Shown piece after piece: positions 50,339 to 60,400 of a stretch of 64,000 bases of DNA (the stretch's first letter is position 1; each line of letters begins with the position of its first letter). The notes beneath the pieces were generated by a model, which ran no database searches, was not told the origin of the DNA, and saw only the letters and a list, made by a program, of their open reading frames with translations. The stretch is from Candidatus Multivoradales bacterium (GTDB lineage Bacteria > Acidobacteriota > Thermoanaerobaculia > Multivoradales > JAHEKO01): NCBI GenBank assembly GCA_965248055.1, contig CBDFIJ010000004.1, positions 1,920,001 through 1,984,000 on the forward strand. The letters are read 5' to 3'. The translations under genes were made by a program, and so were the position numbers.

Positions 50339-51376
50339 ATGAACCACGAGGCGATCTTTTCCCCGATTCGATGGATAGACAACCACCTAGAGTTACTCGA
50401 ACAGACGGTGCTGCCAATTCGAGAAGAATGGACGACCTGCCGAGAACCGGAAGACGTAGCTGCGGCAATTCGGCGCTTGGCGGTTCGGGGGGCGCCGGCG
50501 ATTGGCATCGCCGCAGCTTATGGATTGGTGCTTGGCATGAACCAAACCGACAAGAATCCACGGAGTCGATTTGAGCAGGTGTCTGCACTACTAGAAGCGA
50601 CTCGACCGACTGCGGTCAACCTCAAGTGGGCGCTTGATCGTGGGCGCGAAGTGTTTGACAAGTATGAAGGTGGGTCGGCATCTCAAGTGCGTGACGCGCT
50701 GCTCGAATGGGCGCATCGCTTGCACCGCGAAGACGTCGAGGGCAACCGCGCGATTGGCCAACACGGCGTGGAACTCTTCTCTGCCGGAGACCGAGCCCTC
50801 ACCCACTGCAACGCTGGAGGCTTGGCGACCGCAGGATACGGCACCGCGATCGGGGTTCTCAACGCCGCCTGGGACGCCCAACGATTGGAAAAAGTTTGGG
50901 TTGACGAGACCCGACCACTCTTGCAGGGCGCACGGCTCACCTCTTGGGAACTGGATCGTCTAGGAATCCCTCATCACCTGGTTACCGACTCTAGCGTTGG
51001 CGCGTTGATGAGCCGAGGAATGGTTGATCGCGTTGTGGTGGGTGCGGATCGGATTGCCGCCAACGGAGACACCGCGAACAAGATCGGCACCTATACCGTC
51101 GCGGTCTTGGCCAATCGTCACAGTATCCCGTTCTACGTTGCGGCGCCGCGCTCGACGATCGACCTAGCGACCCCCAATGGCAATGGGATTCCGATTGAAG
51201 AGCGCGACGGGTCCGAGGTCACCGACGTCTTTGGTCAGCGCTTGGCTCCGACCGGCACCGAGGGGTTCAACCTTGCGTTCGACATCACCCCAGCCGAATT
51301 GATTACCGCGATCATCACCGAAGTGGGAGTGAAGTCCCCGCAAGCTCTGGTACAAGTGTTTGCTGAGCATCGATAG
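50339..51376 (+). CDS. mtnA: Methylthioribose-1-phosphate isomerase
   Basis: VRGAPAIG, TRPTAVNL, THCNAGGLAT, ETRPLLQGARLT, NKIGTY. Confidence 0.97.
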   Translation: MNHEAIFSPIRWIDNHLELLEQTVLPIREEWTTCREPEDVAAAIRRLAVRGAPAIGIAAAYGLVLGMNQTDKNPRSRFEQVSALLEATRPTAVNLKWALDRGREVFDKYEGGSASQVRDALLEWAHRLHREDVEGNRAIGQHGVELFSAGDRALTHCNAGGLATAGYGTAIGVLNAAWDAQRLEKVWVDETRPLLQGARLTSWELDRLGIPHHLVTDSSVGALMSRGMVDRVVVGADRIAANGDTANKIGTYTVAVLANRHSIPFYVAAPRSTIDLATPNGNGIPIEERDGSEVTDVFGQRLAPTGTEGFNLAFDITPAELITAIITEVGVKSPQALVQVFAEHR

Positions 51377-51539
51377 AGAAACAGCGCAGTCTGAAAAAGT
51401 GAACACTTTGTTGACTCCAAGAGTCGGACCGTTCCGACCTGCGTCCACCAACAGCAGTCCATAGATGCTGGCATCGGCGACATCTGGTACAGAGAGGTCG
51501 TCGCTGTTACTTCAGGATGACAGGCTGTTTTAGGGCCTA

Positions 51540-52115
51540 ATGCCAGAGTTCCACCTACTCCGAGAGTTTCTTCGACGGCCTAATAGGATTGGCTCAATCA
51601 CTCCGCGCCCGGAGATTTTTCCCATGAGATCACCTCTTCCATTGGCCTAAGCAAGGCTAGGATTGTGGTCGAGTCCGGGGCCGGTACCGGGCCTTTCACC
51701 GGCGAGATCTTGCGAAAGATCAATCCAGCAGTTTCGTTCGTATGCATCGAAAGATCGCCGCACTTAGCCGGAGTTCCGAGGCGTCGCTTCCCAGATCTCG
51801 ATCTGGTCGAAGATTCGGTAGCAAACCTGAAGTCGATCCTTGATCAACGCGGGCTGGTGGTGGCAGACAGTGTAGTGAGTGGTCTGCCGTGGACTTCGTT
51901 CGGGTCCGAGCTGCAGGAGTCGGTGACTCTAAACCCCCGTGGACGGACTCAATCCCGGTAGCCAGTTTGCTACCTTTGCCTACCTGCACGGATTGTTGCT
52001 ACCCACCGCCTGGGCCTTTCGCCAAAAGCCTAGTTCGAACTATTCGCAAGTATGCACATCGAAAGTCGCTTGGCCCAACCTGCCGCCATCGTTTGTTTAC
52101 CGTTGTATTCGATAA
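51540..52115 (+). pseudogene. Frameshifted SAM methyltransferase (phospholipid N-methyltransferase-like)
   Basis: Three pieces across frames: MPEFHLLREFLRRPNRIGSITP / VVESGAGTGPFT..VVSGLPW / GSQFATFAYLHG..WPNLPPSFVYRC*. Confidence 0.75.
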
Positions 52116-52211
52116 ACATTGGTGGGGGATCCCTCTGGCATGGGCTAAGAAGTCCACGCTCGAGCAGCCGTTTGACACAAACCCAAGGAACTCCTTGAGT
52201 GCGATTAGTCC

Positions 52212-52595
52212 TTATGCTACCGCGATCGCCTCGATCTCTAGGAGCCATTCAGGGTCGTAGATTTCAGCAATAACAACAGTCAGTGCGGGCTCTCGTGGGC
52301 CCAGAATCTCCCTGCGGATTTCACTGTTTTGTATGCGATACCGGCGGTCTGCCAGGAACGTTGTGTGCTTGGCAATATTGTCCAAGCTCAAGCCCACGGC
52401 CTCGAGTTGGTGTTCTAGGTTTGCCCAGGCCAACCGAGCTTGAGAAGGAAAATCGCCAGGTGTTTTCCCCTCTCTGTCCTTCGGAATCTGGCCGCTAATG
52501 AAAACAATTCGATCTAGGTCAGATACTTCGACGGCTTGCGAGTATCCGCCTGATGCGAGGGGAGCTATTGTAGAGTCGATACATGCAATTTTCAT
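52212..52595 (-). CDS. RidA/YjgF family protein
   Basis: YSQAVEV, FISGQI, PALTVV, LLEIEAIA. Confidence 0.92.
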   Translation of the reverse strand: MKIACIDSTIAPLASGGYSQAVEVSDLDRIVFISGQIPKDREGKTPGDFPSQARLAWANLEHQLEAVGLSLDNIAKHTTFLADRRYRIQNSEIRREILGPREPALTVVIAEIYDPEWLLEIEAIAVA

Positions 52596-52707
52596 GATAA
52601 GCGTTTCCAGTGAAAAATCCGCAACCCTGGGAATCGTTCCAAGCGCTGACTTGGTCAGCGCGACCGCCAGATCCCACCGCTTCGCCAGAGTGAAGCGACG
52701 CGAATGA

Positions 52708-53062
52708 TGGTGGAGGCGGTGGGAATTGAACCCACGTCCGAAGAACGCGTTCTGTGAGTTTCTACGTGCGTAGCCCTCTATTTGTATTCTCGTCCGATGG
52801 TGTTTAGGAGGAGGGCCTCCGGCACCGGGACCAGCCTTGTAAATGACCCGAGTTCAACTCAAGGCGCGTTGAACTCTTGGATCCGCAGGTGTGACACCCC
52901 TACCGACAACCGCGAATCAAAGCAAGCCGGCGGGGCGTCGCAGCTAGTTAAGCTGCGAGAGCCAAGTTATCGTTGGCAGTTGTGTTTTCCGTTTTTGCGA
53001 GCGGAACCTCGACACGCTACCCATAGACCGCACCTGTTCCCCGTCGAATCCGGTGCGCCCCC
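52708..53062 (-). ncRNA. ssrA: tmRNA, tag peptide (A)ANDNLALAA
   Basis: 5' GGGGGCGCACCGGATTCGAC; 3' GGTTCAATTCCCACCGCCTCCACCA; tag ORF GCC AAC GAT AAC TTG GCT CTC GCA GCT TAA. Confidence 0.97.
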
Positions 53063-53192
53063 ATACTGAAAAAGAACCAGCGCTGCCTCCAAGCCTAGAT
53101 TGCAGCGTTCTCAGTTATAGACAACCCTGCCAAGCCAAAAAAGATTCCGCTCTTCAGCCGCGAAGGGTACGAAAAGCCAGCGAGCTAGCAAC

Positions 53193-53663
53193 TCAAACGG
53201 TTGGCTGATCGGCGAAATCCGTGAGTTGGTCCTCGACGTCTTGCCAAAATGACTCCAGTCCGCGGTAGCGAAGCCTTGACCCGACCAGCATCCAAGCCGA
53301 GACCGCGAGCACCAGTCCGATTGCCGCGAAAGGAAGCAGACCAGGAAAAAACGGCCAAAAGACACTGGCTAGCCCACCGCTTGCGCCGAGTAGCAGAATG
53401 ACCAAAGCTTGGCGGTGGAAGCGGTAATTGATCGAGACGAGGTTCCACTCTGCCTCCGAACCGTTCTCTGTAAGCTGTATCTGGAGTCGCGCATTGCCGA
53501 TGCGTAGCCCAGCGGAAATCGGGAGATGGACCTCCATCTGATGTTGGAGATCTTGCTCGGGACTGACTTCAGCGCCCCAATTATCTGCTACCTGTCGAAT
53601 TGCCCCTCGAATTGCCTCGGAATCGACAGTAGAGTGATGAAATGAACCAGATGACTGACTCAC
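53193..53663 (-). CDS. Hypothetical membrane protein (2 TM)
   Basis: ORF with two C-terminal hydrophobic helices. Confidence 0.6.
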   Translation of the reverse strand: MSQSSGSFHHSTVDSEAIRGAIRQVADNWGAEVSPEQDLQHQMEVHLPISAGLRIGNARLQIQLTENGSEAEWNLVSINYRFHRQALVILLLGASGGLASVFWPFFPGLLPFAAIGLVLAVSAWMLVGSRLRYRGLESFWQDVEDQLTDFADQPTV

Positions 53664-53777
53664 AAGTCCACTGCTGAGGTGTTTGAGGCGCTAAGAACAC
53701 AAGGAAAGCCCACCAGAGTAGTATTATCTGGTGAACGAACGGGTACCGTGATTGCGCTGTTTGCGCTTCGAGTGGAC

Positions 53778-54761
53778 TTACGCAGCTTCTTTTTCCAGTT
53801 TTTCGAAGAATTGGTGGACTTCGTCGAGAAATAGTTCTGCGTCAGGGATCTCGTTGATTCGTTGCCGCAGGCTGCGTCCGTTGGGAAGTCCGTGGGTGTA
53901 CCAACCGGTGAACTTGCGCAGCTTGTGTAGCGCGTGCCGATCAGATTCTCTCTCTACAACCCAGCGAAAGTGAGTCAAAATTAGGTCCCGCCGATCTCCA
54001 AGCGTCGGTTGAGCGACCTCTCCACCGGATGACCGCGCTTCGATCTGGCGAAAAATCCAGGGATTCTTGGTCGCGGCACGGCCGATCATCACCGCATCAC
54101 AGCCGGTTTGCTCAAACATCGCGACCGCATCATCAGCGTTGCGGATGTCCCCGTTGCCGGTTACCGGGATCGAGACAGCTTGCTTGAGTTGACGAATTGC
54201 ATCCCACCGCGCCTGCCCAGAAAACTTGGCCTTTGCCGTACGTCCATGTAATGCGACGCCGTTGACCCCTTCTTCTTGGCAGATCTTGCCCAACTCAAGA
54301 AAAGTGGGCCGAGAGTCATCCAAGCCAATGCGGAATTTGACGGTCAACGGAATTGAGATCGCCTTGCGTACCGAGCGAACGATCGAGGTCGCAAGCTCCA
54401 AGTCGCCCATCAAGGCAGCTCCGGCACAGCCCTTAAGTACCTTGTTGGCCGGGCATCCCATGTTGATGTCGCAAATGTCGGCGCCCATCGCCTCCACCAT
54501 GCGTGCTGCTTCGGTCATCGTGGCGGCGTCCGAACCATAGATCTGGATCGCTAGCGGTCGCTCTTCTTCTTCGTAGTGGGCCAACTTGAGAGTATGTGGG
54601 TGCTCCGAGACCAACGCCCTCGAACTCAAGAACTCCATGGTCACCAAACCGACACCACCGATGCGACGAATCAGGAGACGAAAGTCCCGATCCGTCACCC
54701 CAGCCATCGGAGCTAGGACCGTTGGGAGTGAAAACGTCAGGGCTTGGAGTCCATCATGCAC
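53778..54761 (-). CDS. dusB: tRNA dihydrouridine synthase DusB
   Basis: LAPMAGVTD, DINMGCP, TVKFR, HGRT, GNGDI, MIGRA. Confidence 0.95.
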   Translation of the reverse strand: MHDGLQALTFSLPTVLAPMAGVTDRDFRLLIRRIGGVGLVTMEFLSSRALVSEHPHTLKLAHYEEEERPLAIQIYGSDAATMTEAARMVEAMGADICDINMGCPANKVLKGCAGAALMGDLELATSIVRSVRKAISIPLTVKFRIGLDDSRPTFLELGKICQEEGVNGVALHGRTAKAKFSGQARWDAIRQLKQAVSIPVTGNGDIRNADDAVAMFEQTGCDAVMIGRAATKNPWIFRQIEARSSGGEVAQPTLGDRRDLILTHFRWVVERESDRHALHKLRKFTGWYTHGLPNGRSLRQRINEIPDAELFLDEVHQFFEKLEKEAA

Positions 54762-54991
54762 CAGAGTATTCTAGTCAGAATTGGCTAGATCTGGATTGCA
54801 GGTACTGCATATCGCGAAAAGACGCTTTCGATGAAGAGGGAGCGTTTGGTGCATCTGCAGGCTGATTCGCTCCTTCGTGGGTGCGTTGAGCAAACAAGAT
54901 AGCGTGATTACGGGCTATCTGAACTGCGGAGATAGTATGGTTGTGACGGTAAATCAATGCGGTACACAAGAATCGATGCGAGGGGGAGGTA

Positions 54992-55708
54992 ATGGCGTGG
55001 TACCAGGAGTGGTTTGGCGAGGAGTACCTGGATCTTTATGCTCACCGCGATAGCGACGAAGCGGACCGCCACGTTGATTTCCTGGAAAGCCAATTCATAA
55101 CTAAGCCGCGTGCGATTCTCGACGTTGCCTGTGGGGCTGGACGGCATACTGCGGCCTTGCGCAAGAGAGGTCACCGAGCGCTGGGGTTGGACTTATCCAA
55201 GGTCCTCTTGGCTGAAGGAAAGGGCCTTCCCAGAGTCAACGGGGACATGGGTTGTCTCCCGTTCCCAGACCAGACGTTCGACTGGGTGGTCAATTTCTTT
55301 ACTTCCTTTGGCTACTTTGAGAGCGAGGAGGAGAATCGCCAGGTTCTGGTCGAGATGAGGCGCGTTCTCTCCTCAGACGGTCGGCTAATGATGGATCTAT
55401 TTAATCGAGACTATGTTTTGTCGCGGTTGGTGGCCAAAGAAAAGCGGGTTCTTCGCGGACAAGAAGTGGAGATTGAACGTTGGTATGACCCAGAGCAAGA
55501 ACGGATCAACAAGCGTATCCGTATTCATACATCGCCAGAGACCAGCAGGTCGTTCTTGGAGAGCGTGCGCGCTTACCGTGCCAGCGAGGTCATCGAATCC
55601 GCTCGCGAAGCTGGTCTCGAAACCCTGAGCACGATGGGTAACTTTGCTGGCGAGCCGTTTGGTCCAGAAAGCCCACGATTTATACTGATAGCGAAGCGAC
55701 ATGAGTAG
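54992..55708 (+). CDS. Class I SAM-dependent methyltransferase
   Basis: LDVACGAGRH, GLDLS, GDM, FTSFGYF. Confidence 0.92.
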   Translation: MAWYQEWFGEEYLDLYAHRDSDEADRHVDFLESQFITKPRAILDVACGAGRHTAALRKRGHRALGLDLSKVLLAEGKGLPRVNGDMGCLPFPDQTFDWVVNFFTSFGYFESEEENRQVLVEMRRVLSSDGRLMMDLFNRDYVLSRLVAKEKRVLRGQEVEIERWYDPEQERINKRIRIHTSPETSRSFLESVRAYRASEVIESAREAGLETLSTMGNFAGEPFGPESPRFILIAKRHE

Positions 55709-57437
55709 GCTGAAACTCCTTTTTCACAAAGTGGGCGTGCTGGAACCTTCTACCGTGACCAGAGAGAAGAGGACGCGGAGTTTGAGCGGCTTCCATCGCC
55801 GAAGACTAATGTTCTTGGTACTAGTAGGAGCTGGAGCTTTGCAAGCTCAGCAAAATCAAAGACCGAATCTCATCGATCGAAGCGCCCATGTCGACCTGAA
55901 CTTTGTCCATCAGAATGGCATGGTTGGAGAGCTCTATTTCCCCGAAATGACCGGGCAGGGCGGTGCCCTATTTGATTTCGACAATGACGGAGATCTCGAC
56001 CTGTATTTGGTACAAGGGGGCTCGTTCGGAGATAACAGTGACAACTCAGTGGGGGATTTGCTTCTACGAAACGATTTACACAGTGGCCTTGACGGTGCAC
56101 AGCCCCGCTTTGTTGATATCACCGCGAAGAGTGGAATTACCGCGACCGGGTATGGAATGGGAGTGGCCACCGGTGACTTCGATGGTGACGGCAATGTGGA
56201 CTTCTACGTCACCAACTTTGGGCCGAACCAGTTGTGGCGCAACCAAGGGGACGGCACCTTTGTAGAGATCGGAGTGAAGGTTGGCGTTGCGGGTGGTTCA
56301 TGGAGTACTAGCGCGACTTTCCTAGACTTTGACAACGACGGTCATCAGGATCTGTACCTGGCGAACTACGTTCATTGGGACCTCACGGACAATTCGAATT
56401 GCTATGCTCCGGACAGCCGTCGCGATTATTGTGGTCCGAGTGGGTTTACCCCAACCGCGGACAAACTCTACCGAAACCTTGGAAACGGGAAGTTTCAAGA
56501 TGTCACGTTCTCCGCGCTGTCTGGATATATTCCTGGCCCGGGGTTGGGCGTGCTGGCGGGAGATTTCAATAAGGACGGCGAAGAGGACATATTTGTCGCC
56601 AACGACGGCGAGCGCAACCAGCTGTGGATCGGTCAAGGAGACGGTACTTTTGTCGAGCGCGGCTTGATGCAGGGGGTTGCCGTCAATCTCGATGGCGAAG
56701 CAGAAGCGTCGATGGGGATAGCGGCGAGAGATTTTGACAATGATGGCGACGAGGATCTATTTGTCACCCACTTGATGGGTGAAACCAATACTTTGTACGT
56801 GAATCAAGGCGATGCGCTGTTTGAAGATCAGACTCGAGAGCGTGGCTTAGCCGAACCCAGTTTACCGTTCACCTCTTTCGGGGCTGGCTGGCTTGATCTC
56901 GAAAATGATGGCCAGTTAGATCTCTTTGTCGCCAGTGGTTCGGTCAAAGAGCTGCGCCAGCTTCGAGCCCAAGGGGACCCGTTTCCACTAGGGCAACCCA
57001 ACCAACTGTATTCTAATAACCGAGGTCGATTTTCCAATCGCTCCGCCCAAGAACCGGCACTGAAATCGTCGAATGTGAGCCGAGGAATGGCACTCGGCGA
57101 TGTCGACAACGACGGGGATACTGATGTTGCGGTGTTTAATAGCAATGGGCCGGCGCGGCTTCTAGACAACACCCATGGGCAAAAGGGTGTTTGGCTTGGC
57201 GTTTCAGGAACCAAACTCCTGGGAACCGACATAAGGTTGACCTCAAGCAATGAAACCGAAAGACAAGGGGCATGGGCGCGATCGCGCACCGCGGGAAGCT
57301 ACTGTTCAGCGAGTGACCCGCGGCTACGATTCGGACTCGGAGCGAGCCAAAGGAGTCAAACGCTTGAGGTTAAGACAAAGACGGAAACCCACCTTTGGGT
57401 TGGACTCCGCTCGTCCAAGTACTACGTAGTGAACTAG
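55701..57437 (+). CDS. CRTAC1-like FG-GAP repeat / ASPIC-UnbV protein
   Basis: Multiple DFDNDGDxD repeats; C-terminal GSYCSASDPRLRFGLG; true start may be ~55809. Confidence 0.9.
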   Translation: MSRLKLLFHKVGVLEPSTVTREKRTRSLSGFHRRRLMFLVLVGAGALQAQQNQRPNLIDRSAHVDLNFVHQNGMVGELYFPEMTGQGGALFDFDNDGDLDLYLVQGGSFGDNSDNSVGDLLLRNDLHSGLDGAQPRFVDITAKSGITATGYGMGVATGDFDGDGNVDFYVTNFGPNQLWRNQGDGTFVEIGVKVGVAGGSWSTSATFLDFDNDGHQDLYLANYVHWDLTDNSNCYAPDSRRDYCGPSGFTPTADKLYRNLGNGKFQDVTFSALSGYIPGPGLGVLAGDFNKDGEEDIFVANDGERNQLWIGQGDGTFVERGLMQGVAVNLDGEAEASMGIAARDFDNDGDEDLFVTHLMGETNTLYVNQGDALFEDQTRERGLAEPSLPFTSFGAGWLDLENDGQLDLFVASGSVKELRQLRAQGDPFPLGQPNQLYSNNRGRFSNRSAQEPALKSSNVSRGMALGDVDNDGDTDVAVFNSNGPARLLDNTHGQKGVWLGVSGTKLLGTDIRLTSSNETERQGAWARSRTAGSYCSASDPRLRFGLGASQRSQTLEVKTKTETHLWVGLRSSKYYVVN

Positions 57438-57451
57438 AGCTAGAAAGAAAG

Positions 57452-59029
57452 ATGTCAAGAAGAAACTTATTTCCAAGTCTCGCTTCCAAGCTTCTCGCAG
57501 TCGCGCTTTTGATAGCTGAAGTTGCGCTGGCAGCCGAGGGGTCGGCTGAGCGTTGGATACAACGATTGCCCAACCCAGATCTTGCAGGTTTGGAGTCAGC
57601 GGTTGCGCAACAGTTGCAAACGGTTAGACAAGACATCCTAACGGCCCACGAACGCCAGCCACTGAGCGCCGAAGAAGCTGGGGAAGCTCTTGGACTCTTG
57701 GGGCAGCATTATCACGCCTACGAAATGAACCTTTCTGCGCGAGAGTGCTATGAGTTGGCGCGCAGTGAGATGCCCGAAGATTTTCGTTGGCCGTACCTGT
57801 TGGCATATTTGGCACAAAGGGAAGGTCTACTCGAGAACGCTGCACAGCTCTACAAAGATGCGTTGTTGGTAGACCCCAAAGTTGCTCCGGCCTGGATGCG
57901 ACTTGGAGAGGTTGAGTTGGGTCGTGATGATCCCGGCGCTGCTGAGCGGGCGTTTCGTCGGTCAATACAGATGAACGATGTGGCCGCTGCAGGGCGAGCT
58001 GGTCTCGGGAAATCCCTCGCCGCACAAGGGCACTTCCGGGAGGCCGCGAAAGCATTTGAAGTTGCCCTCACTTTGGCTCCAGAAGCAAACCGTCTCTACT
58101 ACACGCTGGCGCAAACATACCGAGAGCTCGGAGAGAGCGAGAAATCGGAACAGGCTTTTTCACTGAGCGGAAGAATTGGTGTTCGACCGGATGATCCCTT
58201 GATCGATGGGTTGTCCAACCTCAAGACCGGAGAGCGCGCCTTCTTATTGTCTGGCCGAATGGCGTTTAATGCCGGTGATTACCCGGCAGCAGCGACGGCC
58301 TTTGAGCGCGCCACCCAGGCAGACCCTCAGAGTATCCGGGCCAAGATCAACTTGGCCGCTGCACTGGAACCCCTTGGAGAGACGGCCAGAGCCCGAGAAA
58401 TTTTGCAAGAAACGGTCGAACTGGCGCCAGGAAATGAAACCGCTTGGTTTAACTTGGGACAACTCTTGGTGAAAGAAGGGGAACTCGAAGGAGCTATAGA
58501 AGCCTTTCTCCAAGCCAACAGCTATGGCCCCAACGACCCTGAGATTGTCTTCGCACTAGCGGAGACCCTTTACGCCACCGGGGATCTAGAGCGGGCTCTC
58601 AAAGCATATCGGCGAATGCTGGAACTATCTCCCGCAACAACACAGGCTCATCTCGGGGTCGCTCAGACACTGATCGATATGGCTGATTACCCAGCCGCCT
58701 TAGGAGCACTAGTAAAGGGAACCAACGCTTTACCCACTAGCGGAAGCTTGACTCACGCGTTGGCTCGATTTTTGGCGGCAAATCCAGACCCTGACTTAAG
58801 AGACGGAGATCAGGCCACAATGCTCGCACTTGGTGTCTACCAAACCAGGCCAACTTGGCGTCATGGTGAGACGGTCGCCTTGGCCTTAGCGGAAACCGGG
58901 GAATGCGTAGAGGCCGCTAAATGGTTGACAGACCTTATGAAACGCCACGAAGTTCCCGCTGAAGAGGTCGACAACCTCTCCTCCCTACAGGAAAAGTACT
59001 CCCGAGGTGCCCCCTGTAACGGTTCATAG
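57452..59029 (+). CDS. Secreted TPR repeat protein
   Basis: Signal peptide from ATG 57452; many TPR motifs; LAANPDPDLRDG. Confidence 0.85.
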   Translation: MSRRNLFPSLASKLLAVALLIAEVALAAEGSAERWIQRLPNPDLAGLESAVAQQLQTVRQDILTAHERQPLSAEEAGEALGLLGQHYHAYEMNLSARECYELARSEMPEDFRWPYLLAYLAQREGLLENAAQLYKDALLVDPKVAPAWMRLGEVELGRDDPGAAERAFRRSIQMNDVAAAGRAGLGKSLAAQGHFREAAKAFEVALTLAPEANRLYYTLAQTYRELGESEKSEQAFSLSGRIGVRPDDPLIDGLSNLKTGERAFLLSGRMAFNAGDYPAAATAFERATQADPQSIRAKINLAAALEPLGETARAREILQETVELAPGNETAWFNLGQLLVKEGELEGAIEAFLQANSYGPNDPEIVFALAETLYATGDLERALKAYRRMLELSPATTQAHLGVAQTLIDMADYPAALGALVKGTNALPTSGSLTHALARFLAANPDPDLRDGDQATMLALGVYQTRPTWRHGETVALALAETGECVEAAKWLTDLMKRHEVPAEEVDNLSSLQEKYSRGAPCNGS

Positions 59030-59120
59030 ACAACAGTTCTTTCTGGATGTTCGGCTTACTTGGGTACTTAGGCTTGGGTGTACGTCAGATTTGTGAGATG
59101 AGCGTTGGGTGTGGCGATTG

Positions 59121-59770
59121 CTAGGCGGATTTGCGCGCTGGGGATGAAGCGTTCCAGAAGAGGTCGAATCGTCGGCTGAGCTTGGCGCAGCGTAGTGCGA
59201 GGATGGCGTTGGCGCCGTCCAGGGTCCAGTGCATGTCTGCTCGTTTGAGTCGGTGAGCAACCACGACCTTGCATCCGGCTTCTACGACGCCAGTCGCTAT
59301 GCACAGGCCTATGGCTCGGAAATGTGCGTAGCGCATGCGGTGTCGATTGCGTTGGAAGTAGCCAACGGCTTTGCGAGCCTCATCACAGCTCTCTTGGTGC
59401 GCTCTTAGGGCCGTCAGAAGGGCCGTTGAGGTTGCCGGCGTCGAGTTCGTCGTAGCGCTGGTGTGTCCATGCCCGGCCCAGTTCACTGCCGGCACCATAG
59501 ATTGCTCGTGCCACCTTGCTCAAGTGCTCCTTGGCGTGGAAGAGGTCGACGGTCGCGGCACTGGATTTCGAGACTCTGGAAACCGGCGTGCGTCAGCGCG
59601 CCCTTGCCGTGACCGCCCGAGCGGTCGAACGCCGGCTCAATGCCGATCTCTCGGATCACTTGGGTGCGACGACGCCCTGCGCCTGTGGCAAGCCGGCTCG
59701 TTATGCGGGACGTCGCTCCAAACACTTCCAGACCGCCTCGGGGCCAATCAGCTCGTCGACTTCTGCTGTG
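59121..59770 (-). pseudogene. ISKra4-like transposase remnant
   Basis: C-terminal VDLFHAKEHL..YFQRNRHRMRY..TGVVEAGCK..RLKRADMHW on minus; N-terminal LDFETLE..CACG..YAGRR piece inverted onto plus. Confidence 0.88.
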
Positions 59771-60161
59771 ACCTCGGCCTCGAGGATCGTCTGGAGCCCT
59801 TTTTTTTCTCCGCGTTTGCGCTTTCAAACTCGGGGTCGGTCAGCTCTGCATCGGCCCATTGCTCACAAGCCTGCCAATAAGCCTCCAGGTGCTGGCGAAA
59901 CTTTCGACCTACGGCGATCTGTTGGCTTACTCTTTCGGCCTGTTGCGCCGTTAGACGCCGCGATTGTGTCCGGCCCCCCACCGCGCGAGTGAGGCTGAAG
60001 TAGGGACCGTGGCGGGCTTCTTCACTGCTGGCGCACTTACAGTTTGACTTGCCACACTTGAGAAAGCGCTCTCCGAGCGAGCCTCGTCGCATCGGCTTGG
60101 GGTGGCTGAAGCTCTCGACCACCTTTCGGACTGTTTCGGGGATCATTTTGGGTTTCGCCAT
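59748..60161 (-). CDS. IS-associated DUF6788-like protein
   Basis: MRRGSL..CGKSNCKC..HGPY; lies inside the TIRs upstream of the transposase. Confidence 0.8.
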   Translation of the reverse strand: MAKPKMIPETVRKVVESFSHPKPMRRGSLGERFLKCGKSNCKCASSEEARHGPYFSLTRAVGGRTQSRRLTAQQAERVSQQIAVGRKFRQHLEAYWQACEQWADAELTDPEFESANAEKKKGSRRSSRPRSQQKSTS

Positions 60162-60400
60162 GGCGTCCTCCTGTCGGCTATAATAGCCGACAGATAGATC
60201 CCCATGCAACCCAAGTCGCTTGAACATTCTCAGCTTCTCACACTGATGTCGTACACCCCTTAGGCTTCAGGCGCTGGACAAATTGCGCGAAGGGTGTATA
60301 GTCACTGTACTTTTCTGGAGGGACTCGATAGAACTGGGTTGGATGAGTTGGCGAGAGTATTGTCTCCTCGTTCAGCCAGAAACAAACGGAGGTTAGTGTC

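Larger units (their letters stand above)
59076..60258 (-). mobile_element. ISKra4-like IS, defective (internal deletion and inversion), with TIRs and 9-bp TSD
   Basis: 22-bp imperfect TIRs GGGTGTACG..TGTGAG at 59076-59097 and 60237-60258; TSD CTTAGGCTT at 59067-59075 and 60259-60267. Confidence 0.92.

Noticed and set aside
52782-53069. 95-aa ORF
   Set aside because: Antisense to tmRNA
60349-60364. Sigma54-like promoter upstream of the fibre gene
   Set aside because: The -12 element reads TTGT rather than TTGC and the -24 match is weak
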